This document shows positions 55,458-64,000 of a DNA stretch of 64,000 bases, piece after piece. Source of the stretch: Candidatus Eiseniibacteriota bacterium (GTDB lineage Bacteria; Eisenbacteria; RBG-16-71-46; CAVPCR01); contig CAVPCR010000001.1 of the NCBI GenBank assembly GCA_963702435.1, forward strand, positions 1,056,001 through 1,120,000, in the 5' to 3' direction. The position numbers were made by a program, and so were the translations under genes. The number at the start of each line of letters is the position of its first letter. Position 1 is the first letter of the stretch. The notes beneath the pieces were generated by a model, which saw only the letters and a list, made by a program, of their open reading frames with translations, was not told the DNA's origin and made no database searches.

Positions 55458-58151
55458 ATGGCCGATCAACGTCCAAGTCCCGAAGAGATGCTCGCCCGCG
55501 CCCACGCAGACGAGGCGAAAGGCCGGCGCGGGAAGCTCCGCATTTTCTTCGGCGCGGCGCCCGGCGTCGGCAAGACCTACGCCATGCTCGAGGCGGCGCA
55601 TGCGCGGCGGGCGGAAGGGCTCGACGTCGTCATCGGCTGGCTCGAGACCCATGGCCGCCGCGAGACCGAGGCTCTCGCCGCGGGCATCGAGCACATTCCT
55701 CCCCGGCTCGTCCCCTACCGCGGTCTCACGCTCCGCGAATTCGATCTGGAGGCCGCGCTCGCCCGCCGGCCGGCGCTCCTCCTCGTGGACGAGCTCGCCC
55801 ACATGAACGCGCCCGGCTCGAAGCATGCCCGCCGCTGGCAGGATGTCGAGGAGATCCTCGATACCGGAACCGACATCTACACCACGCTCAACGTGCAACA
55901 TCTCGAGAGCATGAACGACGTGGTGGCGCAGATGAGCGGTGTGCTCGTGCGCGAGACCGTGCCCGATTCGATCTTCGAGCAGGCCGACGAGGTCGAGCTC
56001 GTGGATCTCACTCCGGACGATCTCATCAAGCGCCTGCGCGAGGGCAAGGTATACGTCCCCGAGCAGGCCGAGCGCGCCATCGAGAAGTTCTTCCGGAAGG
56101 GCAACCTGATCGCGCTCCGCGAGCTCTCGCTGACACGGACGGCCGAGCGAGTCGACGCGCAGATGGCCCGCTGGAAGCGCGAGGAGGGCGGCACCCAGCA
56201 GTGGCCCGCGCGCGAGCGCATCCTCGTCGCCATCGGCCCGGCCCCGCAATCCGCGAACCTGATCCGCGCCGGCTATCGCATGGCCACCCGCCTCGGCGCG
56301 CCCTGGATCGTGCTGTGGGTCGAGGCGCCCAACGCACAGGATCTGCCGGCCACCGATCGCGAGCGCATCCAGCAGCACCTCACCCTCGCCGAGCAGCTCG
56401 GGGCCGAGACGACGGTGCTTGCCGGCGAGCACGTGGGCGAGGCAATTCTGCAAGTCGCCCGCCAGCGCAACGCGACGCGGATCCTCGTCGGCAAACCCAC
56501 GCACTCACGCTGGCACGATCGCCTACGCGGCTCGCTCGTGGACGACCTCGTGCGCGCCTCGGGACCGATCGACATCATCGCCACAACAGGCGAGGAGGGC
56601 ACGCCGGAGCGCCTGCGCGCGGAACCGGAACCGGCTCCGCGCCCGCTCCGCCCCTACCTCGAAGCGCTCGCCGCCGTCGGTGCGGCGACGGCGCTCTGCG
56701 CGCTCACCCGCCCGTACCTCGATCTGGCCGACAAGGCCATGATCTACCTCCTCGGCGTGCTCTTCGTCGCGAGCCGCTCCACGCGCGGGCCCGCGCTCGT
56801 CGCGAGCATCGCAAGCGTAGCGGCTCTCGACTTCTTCTTCGTGCCTCCCTTCCACACCTTCGCCGTGTCCGATGCCCGCTACGTCGTCACCTTCCTCGTC
56901 ATGCTGGTGGCCGCCATCCTCGTGAGCAGCCTGACCGTCCGGATCAGGAGCCAGGCGGAAGCCGCACGCGAACGGGAGCGGCGGACGGCAATCCTCTATG
57001 CGCTCACGCGGACGTTCGCCTTCCGCCGCGGGGCGGGCGAGATCGCCGACGCGGCGCGGCGGCATGTCGAGATCCTCTTCGATACCGAGGCCGCCGTGCT
57101 CCTGGCCGGGACCGTGGACCCGCTCACCGTGCTGGCAGGGAGCGAGCACCCGTTCGTCCACGAGGAGCGTGAACTGACCGTCGCGCAGTGGGTGCTCGAG
57201 CACGGGCGCCCTGCCGGCAACTCGACCGATACGCTGCCCAGCGCGCAGGCCCTTTACCTGCCGCTCTCCGGCGGGAAGCGCACCCTGGGCGTGCTCGCCC
57301 TCGCTCTCGGCGCCCGGCGCCGCCCGCTCACCGCCTCACAGCGGCAGTTGCTCGACGTCTTCGTGAGTCAGTCCGCGCTCGCACTCGAGCGCGCCCTCCT
57401 CGCCGACGAGACGGTCGAGGCGCGGCTCGCCGCCGAGACGGAGCGGCTCCGGAGCACGCTCCTGGCGACCATGTCGCACGACGTTCGCACGCCGATCGCC
57501 ACCATCACCGGCGCCGCGACGACGCTCCTCGATGAATCGGCGGTGCTGTCCCCCGCCGAAGAGCGAGATCTCCTCGAGACCATTCGCGAGGAGGCCGAGC
57601 GCTTGAACCGCCTGGTGCGCGATCTGCTCGATCTGAACCGGATCGAGTCCGGCGCGCTTGCCGTGCACAAGGAGTGGTGCCCGCTCGAGGACCTGGTCGG
57701 CGCCGCGCTCGCCCGGTCGGAGGAGATGCTCGCCGGCCGCGACGTCCAGGTGCACCTGCCCGAGTCCCTGCTCGGCGCCGGCGTCGATCCGGTGCTGATC
57801 GAACAGGTGCTCACGAACCTGCTCGAGAACGCCGCCAAGTACACCCCGGCGGGAAGCCCCATCGAGATCGAGGCGCACGCGGTGCCGGGTGGCATCGAGC
57901 TGAGCGTGGCCGACCGCGGGCCCGGCATTCCACCGGCCGATCTCGAGCGCGTGTTCGACAAGTTCCTGCGCCTGGCCGGAGATACCCACGTCACCGGCAC
58001 CGGCCTCGGGCTCGCCATCTGCCGCGCCATCCTGACCGCGCACGGCGGGTGGATCCGGGCCGAGAACCGGGAGGGCGGCGGCGCCTGCTTTCGCCTCTTC
58101 ATCCCGGAAGCGGGGGCCGCTCCGGCGCCCGGGCCCACGGCAGAGCCATGA
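55458..58151 (+). CDS. kdpD: Sensor histidine kinase KdpD
   Basis: GAAPGVGKTYAML, VDELAH, Usp domain, four TM helices, GAF domain, SHDVRTP, GTGLGL. Confidence 0.96.
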   Translation: MADQRPSPEEMLARAHADEAKGRRGKLRIFFGAAPGVGKTYAMLEAAHARRAEGLDVVIGWLETHGRRETEALAAGIEHIPPRLVPYRGLTLREFDLEAALARRPALLLVDELAHMNAPGSKHARRWQDVEEILDTGTDIYTTLNVQHLESMNDVVAQMSGVLVRETVPDSIFEQADEVELVDLTPDDLIKRLREGKVYVPEQAERAIEKFFRKGNLIALRELSLTRTAERVDAQMARWKREEGGTQQWPARERILVAIGPAPQSANLIRAGYRMATRLGAPWIVLWVEAPNAQDLPATDRERIQQHLTLAEQLGAETTVLAGEHVGEAILQVARQRNATRILVGKPTHSRWHDRLRGSLVDDLVRASGPIDIIATTGEEGTPERLRAEPEPAPRPLRPYLEALAAVGAATALCALTRPYLDLADKAMIYLLGVLFVASRSTRGPALVASIASVAALDFFFVPPFHTFAVSDARYVVTFLVMLVAAILVSSLTVRIRSQAEAARERERRTAILYALTRTFAFRRGAGEIADAARRHVEILFDTEAAVLLAGTVDPLTVLAGSEHPFVHEERELTVAQWVLEHGRPAGNSTDTLPSAQALYLPLSGGKRTLGVLALALGARRRPLTASQRQLLDVFVSQSALALERALLADETVEARLAAETERLRSTLLATMSHDVRTPIATITGAATTLLDESAVLSPAEERDLLETIREEAERLNRLVRDLLDLNRIESGALAVHKEWCPLEDLVGAALARSEEMLAGRDVQVHLPESLLGAGVDPVLIEQVLTNLLENAAKYTPAGSPIEIEAHAVPGGIELSVADRGPGIPPADLERVFDKFLRLAGDTHVTGTGLGLAICRAILTAHGGWIRAENREGGGACFRLFIPEAGAAPAPGPTAEP

Positions 58152-58906
58152 GCCCGCACGCAGACGGCCCGCAGCCGGCCACGCCCGGTGCGCTCGTCCT
58201 CATCATCGATGATGAGGCGCACTTTCGCCGATTCCTGCGCCCGAGCCTGACCGCGCACGGCTATCGCGTGATCGAGGCCGCGACCGGGGACCTCGGCGTG
58301 ACGATGGCGCGCCAGCACGTCCCGGACGTGGTCCTCCTCGACCTGGGGCTCCCCGACCTCGACGGCATCGAAGTCACCCGGCGCGTCCGGCAGTGGAGTC
58401 ACGTGCCGATCGTCGTCCTCTCCGCGCGCGGTCAGGAGACCGACAAGGTGACGGCGCTCGACGCCGGGGCGGACGACTACCTGACCAAGCCCTTCGGGCT
58501 GCCCGAGCTCCTGGCCCGACTCCGGGCCGCGCTCCGCCATCGCCTGCTCAAGGCCGGCATGTCGCCGGAGAGCGAGTTCGAGAGCGGCGACCTGCGCGTC
58601 GATCTCCAGTCGCGGCAGGTATTCGCGGGCGGGGAGGAAGTCCGCCTCACCGCGATCGAGTATCGCCTGCTCGAGGTGTTGATCCAGCATGCCGGGCAGG
58701 TCGTCACCCACCGGCAGCTCCTCGACGCGGTGTGGGGACCCGGGCACGCGGAGCAGACCGAGTATCTCCGGGTCTACATGGCGCACCTGCGCCGAAAGCT
58801 CGAGGCGGACCCGTCGCGCCCGCGGGTCTTCCGCACCGAGACCGGAGTCGGCTACCGCCTCCTGACCGAGGTCGCGGCGAAACCGCGCCGGCCACGGGCG
58901 CGGTGA
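58148..58906 (+). CDS. kdpE: Response regulator KdpE
   Basis: LLDLGLPD, GADDYLTKPF, YLRVYMAHLRRKLE, TETGVGYR; ATGA overlap with kdpD. Confidence 0.95.
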   Translation: MSPHADGPQPATPGALVLIIDDEAHFRRFLRPSLTAHGYRVIEAATGDLGVTMARQHVPDVVLLDLGLPDLDGIEVTRRVRQWSHVPIVVLSARGQETDKVTALDAGADDYLTKPFGLPELLARLRAALRHRLLKAGMSPESEFESGDLRVDLQSRQVFAGGEEVRLTAIEYRLLEVLIQHAGQVVTHRQLLDAVWGPGHAEQTEYLRVYMAHLRRKLEADPSRPRVFRTETGVGYRLLTEVAAKPRRPRAR

Positions 58907-59016
58907 GGGGCGAGTGGTCCGGGGCTGGGGGCGCCCCGGTGAGCCGGTGCCCGCGCCCTCCGCGTCCTGACGGATTGTCAGCCCCGGCCGGGCAGCGGCG
59001 GACAAGCGGTAGCCAG

Positions 59017-59050
59017 GGACCGCCGGGGGTTCCCCCGTCCCCGGCGGTCC
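59017..59050. terminator. 12-bp GC hairpin downstream of kdpE
   Basis: GGACCGCCGGGG-(10 nt)-CCCCGGCGGTCC; no U-tract. Confidence 0.4.
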
Positions 59051-59200
59051 ACCGCAAGTGATTTCCCGACAGCCAGTTGACGGAACCGAGATCTGTCCTG
59101 TTTGGTCGTCTTCTTGCAGGCGTCCGTTCATTGGCCCTGTCCGTCCGGCGCGCACTGCCGCCCGCGCGAGCGCCAGAGGGGAGCGGCCGGGAGCTCGGCC

Positions 59201-60886
59201 ATGCCGCCACATCGCGAGAACGGATCCGCATCGTCCGGAGAGGACCTCCGTCGCGCGTGGAGCTCGCTCGGCGTCCGCCTCTTCCTCTGGCTCTTCGCCG
59301 CCGTCGTCATCCTCCTCGCCCTCTTCACCTACTCGAACATCCGGACCACCGCCCGGCACTCGCAGGAGCTCGTCAGCGAAGGCGCCGTTCGCGCGAGCGA
59401 TGTGCTCAAGCGCTCGACCCGGCACGCGATGCTCCTGAACCGCAAGGAGGACGTCGACGAGATCGTCACCGCGGTCGGCGAGCAGCCTGGAGTCGCCGGC
59501 GTTCGCATCTACGACAAGCGCGGGCGCATCATCGTGTCGTCCGATGCGGCCGAGGTCGGCCGGCAGGTGGACATGCAGGCCGAGGCCTGCATCATCTGCC
59601 ACGACCAGAAGGAGCCTCTGCGCTCTGTGCCGATGAGCACGCGGCAACGCGTCTACAAGCAGCCGAACGGGGAACGCATCCTCGGCCTCATCAATCCGAT
59701 CGAGAACGAGCCGGAGTGCACGAGCTGCCACGTGCATCGGCCGGAGCAGACCATCCTCGGCGTCCTCGACGTCAAGATGTCGCTCGCCACGGCCGACGCC
59801 CAGCTCGCCGCGGTCAAGAAGCGCATGCTCGCCGCCATGCTGCTAGCGGCCTTGCTCCTCGGCGCCGTGTCGGCCGCGTTCATCTACTTCATGGTGCGCC
59901 GCCCCGTGCAGCGCCTGATCGCCGGCGCACAGCGGATCAGCCAGGGCGATCTCGCCACCCGCGTGGACATCGCGACGCACGATGAGGTGGGCGAGCTGGC
60001 CACCGCCTTCAACCGCATGACCGAGAACCTCGAGCGGGCGCAGAACGAGATCACCGAGTGGTCGAACACGCTCGAGCGCAAGGTGGTCGAGAAGACCGAG
60101 GAGCTGGGCCGCGCGCAGCGACACATCCTGCACATGGAGAAGATGGCCTCGCTCGGCAAGCTCGCGGCGACCGTGGCCCACGAGCTCAACAATCCGCTCG
60201 CCGGCATCCTGACCTACGCGCGCCTGGTCGAGCGTGAGCTCGGGCGGGGCGAGGTGAACGCGGCCGAGCGCGAGGAGCTCGCGCGCTACCTGAACCTGAT
60301 CCAGAAGGAGTCCGGGCGCTGCGGCCAGATCGTCAAGAACCTCCTCCTCTTCGCCCGCCGCTCGGGCACTCGCTTCGCTCCCCATCACCTGAACGAGATC
60401 GTCGATCGGAGCCTCATGCTGGTGCAGCACCACATCCAGATGGCCGGTCTCAAGCTCGAGCAGACACGGCTCGCCGGCGACGATCAGGTGCTCTGCGACG
60501 GCGACCAGATCCAGCAGGCGCTGGTCGCTCTCCTCGTCAACGCGGTCGAAGCGATGCCCGAGAGCGGGACGCTCTCCGTACGATTGGCTCCGGCCGGCGG
60601 CGCCGAAACGGCCGACGCGACCGCCGAAATGCTGATCGAGATCGCCGACACGGGGACCGGGATCCCCGCCGACATCCTCCCCCACATCTTCGAGCCTTTC
60701 TTCACGACCAAGGAGGGTGGGAACGGCCTCGGCCTCGGCCTCGCCGTCGTCTACGGCATCATCCAGCGGCACGGCGGCCGCATCGAGGTGGATTCGCAGC
60801 CGGGTACCGGCACCACCTTCCGCATCCACCTCCTCCGCCGGCCGGTCCTGACGGAACCCGCCCTCGCGGGCGAGGGCCACGAATGA
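59201..60886 (+). CDS. Sensor histidine kinase with periplasmic diheme-c sensor domain, HAMP, HisKA and HATPase
   Basis: CIICH (59588) and CTSCH (59717) lie between two TM helices; DEVGELATAFNRM; AHELNNPL; FEPFFTTK; GLGL. Confidence 0.92.
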   Translation: MPPHRENGSASSGEDLRRAWSSLGVRLFLWLFAAVVILLALFTYSNIRTTARHSQELVSEGAVRASDVLKRSTRHAMLLNRKEDVDEIVTAVGEQPGVAGVRIYDKRGRIIVSSDAAEVGRQVDMQAEACIICHDQKEPLRSVPMSTRQRVYKQPNGERILGLINPIENEPECTSCHVHRPEQTILGVLDVKMSLATADAQLAAVKKRMLAAMLLAALLLGAVSAAFIYFMVRRPVQRLIAGAQRISQGDLATRVDIATHDEVGELATAFNRMTENLERAQNEITEWSNTLERKVVEKTEELGRAQRHILHMEKMASLGKLAATVAHELNNPLAGILTYARLVERELGRGEVNAAEREELARYLNLIQKESGRCGQIVKNLLLFARRSGTRFAPHHLNEIVDRSLMLVQHHIQMAGLKLEQTRLAGDDQVLCDGDQIQQALVALLVNAVEAMPESGTLSVRLAPAGGAETADATAEMLIEIADTGTGIPADILPHIFEPFFTTKEGGNGLGLGLAVVYGIIQRHGGRIEVDSQPGTGTTFRIHLLRRPVLTEPALAGEGHE

Positions 60887-60903
60887 ACACGGGCAGGTGA
60901 CCC

Positions 60904-62268
60904 ATGACCATCGCACAGTCACAAGGAACCGCGTCCATCCTGATCGTCGATGACGAGTTCTCGGTGCGTGACTCGCTCTTCAACTGGTTCCGCAAGGACG
61001 GCTTCCAGGTGGAGACCGCCGAGAACGCGGCCCAGGCTCTCAAGTGCCTGCAGCAGACGAGCTATGACGTCATCCTCCTCGACATCAAGATGCCGGGAAT
61101 CGACGGCATGGAGCTGCTCGGGCGGATCATCGAGATCGATCCCGCCATGATCGTGATCATGATCACGGCCTATGCATCGGTCGACACGGCGGTGCAGGCG
61201 CTCAAGCAAGGGGCCTTCGACTACGTGACCAAGCCGATCGATCCCGATGAACTCGGACACCTGATCCGCAACGGCATCGAGAAGCGGAGGCTCAAGAGCG
61301 AGAACGTGCAGCTCCGCGAGAAGATCGAGGAGCTGTCGCGCGCCGATGAGATCGTGGGCGAGAGCCCGCAGATGCAGAAGGTGCTCGAGCTGGTGAGGAC
61401 GGTGGCGCAGAGCGATGCCACCGTCCTGATCCGCGGCGAGAGCGGCACCGGCAAGGAGCTCATCGCCCGCGCCATCCACGCCAACAGCTCGCGGCGCTAT
61501 TTCCCGATCGTGCCCGTCAACTGCGGCGCGCTGCCGGAGACGCTTCTCGAGAGCGAGCTCTTCGGACACGAGAAGGGGGCGTTCACCGGCGCCCAGTACC
61601 GGCGAAAAGGGCGGATCGAGATGTCGGACGGCGGCACGCTCTTCCTCGACGAGATCGGCACCATCTCGATGAAGACGCAGGTCGATCTCCTGCGCGTGCT
61701 CGAGACCAAGGAGTTCACGCGAGTCGGCGGCTCGAAGCCGATCCGCGCCGACTTCCGGGTGGTGTGCGCCACGAACCAGAACCTCGAGAAGATGGTCGAA
61801 TCCGGCGAGTTCCGTGAGGACCTGTACTACCGGGTCAACGTGTTCAGCATCTACCTGCCGCCGCTCCGCGAGCGGCGGAGCGACATCCCGGTCCTCGCCC
61901 AGCACTTCCTGCACCGCTTCCAGACGCACCCGAGCCGGCCGATCTCGGAGATCAGTCCGGAGGCCATGGACGTCCTCGTGCGCTACGACTGGCCAGGGAA
62001 CGTGCGCGAGCTCGCCAACGCCATCGAGCGCGCAATGGTGATCGGAAAGCCGCCGGCCATCAAGCCGGAGGACCTCCCCTTCCAGCTGGAGCGCGCCACC
62101 GAGACGCCGGGGGGCGATTCGCTCGCCGATCTCGAGAAGGCGCACATCGCGCGCATCCTCGAGCGCACCGACTGGAACATCAGCCGGGCGGCCGACATCC
62201 TCAAGATCGACCGCGCCACCATCTACAACAAGATCAAGCGTTACGGTCTGAAGCGGCAGACCAAGTAG
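60904..62268 (+). CDS. Sigma54-dependent response regulator (NtrC/AtoC/ZraR family)
   Basis: Receiver domain, GESGTGKE, GAFTGA, LFLDEIG, WPGNVREL, Fis-type HTH. Confidence 0.95.
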   Translation: MTIAQSQGTASILIVDDEFSVRDSLFNWFRKDGFQVETAENAAQALKCLQQTSYDVILLDIKMPGIDGMELLGRIIEIDPAMIVIMITAYASVDTAVQALKQGAFDYVTKPIDPDELGHLIRNGIEKRRLKSENVQLREKIEELSRADEIVGESPQMQKVLELVRTVAQSDATVLIRGESGTGKELIARAIHANSSRRYFPIVPVNCGALPETLLESELFGHEKGAFTGAQYRRKGRIEMSDGGTLFLDEIGTISMKTQVDLLRVLETKEFTRVGGSKPIRADFRVVCATNQNLEKMVESGEFREDLYYRVNVFSIYLPPLRERRSDIPVLAQHFLHRFQTHPSRPISEISPEAMDVLVRYDWPGNVRELANAIERAMVIGKPPAIKPEDLPFQLERATETPGGDSLADLEKAHIARILERTDWNISRAADILKIDRATIYNKIKRYGLKRQTK

Positions 62269-62271
62269 CTC

Positions 62272-62886
62272 ATGCAGCGGAGCGTCGAGGCCAAGCCGGC
62301 GACATCATCCGGGGGGGGACACCCGGCCGCGACGGAGGCCGCGGCGCCACCGCGGGTGCTCGATCTCGTGCCCATCTTCGTCGGCGAGGAACGTTCGCTC
62401 CTCGAACCGCTCGCCGGCCGGCTCGAGAGCGTGTTCGGGCTGCCCGTGCGCACGCGCGCCCCGTGGTTCGACCCGGAGACGGTCTTCGACTCGAACCGGA
62501 GCCAGTACAACTCGACGCTCCTCCTCGCCGAGCTGCTGAACGATCCGCAGGCGGCCGCCCCCAAGATCCTCGGGGTGACGAGCGTCGACCTCTTCATCCC
62601 GATCCTCACCTATGTCTTCGGCGAGGCGCAGCTCGACGGCCGGGCGGCGATCGTGTCCACCCATCGCCTGCGCAGCGAGGCCTACGGCCTGCCGCCCGAT
62701 GAGCACGAGCTCGCGGAACGGCTGATCAAGGAAGCAACCCACGAGCTGGGGCACACCTACGGGCTCATCCACTGCCGCGACGCGACCTGCGTCATGCGCG
62801 CGTCAACCTACGTCGAGGACATCGATATCAAGTCGGCGCGCTTCTGCCCCGCCTGCTGGACCGCGATGGCGCCGCGCCTCGTGTGA
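62272..62886 (+). CDS. Archaemetzincin-family Zn metalloprotease (M54)
   Basis: HELGHTYGLIHC..CVMRAS..FCPAC; VDLF..YVFGEA. Confidence 0.9.
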   Translation: MQRSVEAKPATSSGGGHPAATEAAAPPRVLDLVPIFVGEERSLLEPLAGRLESVFGLPVRTRAPWFDPETVFDSNRSQYNSTLLLAELLNDPQAAAPKILGVTSVDLFIPILTYVFGEAQLDGRAAIVSTHRLRSEAYGLPPDEHELAERLIKEATHELGHTYGLIHCRDATCVMRASTYVEDIDIKSARFCPACWTAMAPRLV

Positions 62887-62946
62887 GCCCGCCGCGGGGT
62901 GACCCCTTGTGGCGACCGGCCCCGACTCGCTAGACTCCGCGGTCCC

Positions 62947-64000
62947 ATGTCCGATACTCGCCAAGCACCGCCCCGCGCCGTTCTCGCCGGCGTCCAGCTC
63001 CCCGGCGTGGACGACGACGAGTTCGCCGCGTCGCTCGACGAGCTCGCCCAGCTCGCGAAGACGCTCGGCCTCACCGTGGTCGGGCGGGTCGGGCAGAAGC
63101 GGAGCGCGCTCGCTCCCGGCGCCGTGCTCGGCGAGGGCAAGCTCAAGGAGCTGGCGGCGCTCACCGGGGGCGAGGGCGTCATCCCGCGCGGGCCGGCGCA
63201 GCGGCGGAAGGGCGGCCGCAAGGTCGAGGACGAGGCGGCCGGTCCGGCGGCCGAGGCCGACGAAGCGGACGAGGCGGCCGACGAAGCGGACGAGGCGGCC
63301 GACGAGGCGGACGAGGCGGCCGACGAGGATAGCGAGGACGTAACCGCCGCGCCGGACGCGCCGGCGACCGCGGGCGGGAAGACCGCGAGCGCCCACGCCA
63401 CGGTCGTGATCGTCGACCACGATCTGACGCCGACCCAGCTCCGGAACCTCGAGCGCGCGACCGGCGTCGAGGTGCTCGATCGCACGTCGGTGATCCTCGC
63501 CATCTTCCAGCGCCATGCGCACACCCGCGAGGCGCGGCTCCAGGTCGAGATCGCGCGCCTTGCGTACATGGCGCCGCGGCTCCGCGAGGCGGGCGGCGGC
63601 TCCGACCGCCAGGGCGGCGGGATCGGGGCCAAGGGGGCCGGCGAATCCACCGCCCAGCTCGAGCGGCGGAAAGTGCGCGACCGCATCGCCGAGCTCCGCG
63701 CGGAGCTCGTCTCGATCGAGCGCGAGGCGGGGACGCGGCGGCAGCGACGTGCCGGGCACGACACGGTAGCCCTCGTCGGCTACACCAATGCCGGGAAGTC
63801 GTCGCTCATGCGGGGTCTCACCGGGAACGAGGTCTACGTCGCCGACAAGCTCTTCGCCACCCTCGACACGACCGTGCGCGCCATTCATCCGGAGACCAAG
63901 CCGCGCATCCTCGTCTCCGACACGGTCGGCTTCCTGAAGAAGCTCCCGCACGATCTCGTGGCCTCGTTCCGCTCGACGCTCGAGGAGGCGGCCGATGCCG
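62947..64000 (+). CDS. hflX: GTPase HflX (3' end beyond the window) with an acidic repeat insertion
   Basis: Translated by hand: SLDELAQLAKTLG, GEGKLKEL, DRTSVILAIF..HA.TREARLQVE, GYTNAGKSS, LFATLDTT, DTVGF. Confidence 0.93.
   Translation, partial: MSDTRQAPPRAVLAGVQLPGVDDDEFAASLDELAQLAKTLGLTVVGRVGQKRSALAPGAVLGEGKLKELAALTGGEGVIPRGPAQRRKGGRKVEDEAAGPAAEADEADEAADEADEAADEADEAADEDSEDVTAAPDAPATAGGKTASAHATVVIVDHDLTPTQLRNLERATGVEVLDRTSVILAIFQRHAHTREARLQVEIARLAYMAPRLREAGGGSDRQGGGIGAKGAGESTAQLERRKVRDRIAELRAELVSIEREAGTRRQRRAGHDTVALVGYTNAGKSSLMRGLTGNEVYVADKLFATLDTTVRAIHPETKPRILVSDTVGFLKKLPHDLVASFRSTLEEAADA

Noticed and set aside
59056..59091. Further copies of the TGYCGA-N5-TCGRCA palindrome upstream of the heme kinase
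   Set aside because: Only half-sites or weak matches (CCGACA; AGTTGA-N5-CCGAGA), not distinguishable from chance by eye.

Overview
Very GC-rich bacterial chromosomal window with about 50 CDS. I found no rRNA, tRNA, CRISPR array, integrase or transposase. Secreted proteins ending in FlgD-Ig/T9SS-like or 'TWGxxK' tails hint at an FCB-related candidate lineage such as Eisenbacteria or Krumholzibacteriota (inference only). Housekeeping content: an amgK-rapZ fusion with murU, an sdh/frd operon in the order A-C-D-B (A frameshifted), tex, recD2, a complete kdpFABCDE, hflX, cutA, bactofilin, a serpin, an ABC permease-M1 aminopeptidase fusion and two ECF sigma/anti-sigma modules. The most unusual feature is the operon at 40395-45290. 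Three glycine-cleavage-H-like proteins, all lacking the lipoyl lysine, bracket a HybA/FdnH-like 4Fe-4S subunit and a HybB/NrfD-like membrane subunit fused to a triheme cytochrome c, with no catalytic subunit. Two of the H-like proteins are membrane-anchored; the third has an N-terminal 4-Cys cluster and a Cys at the lipoyl position. The operon is preceded by a sigma54 -24/-12 promoter and five copies of a TGYCGA-N5-TCGRCA palindrome. About 14 kb downstream lies a plausible cognate regulatory unit: a diheme-c sensor kinase, a sigma54 activator and an archaemetzincin. All family calls come from motifs read by eye; no database searches were run.
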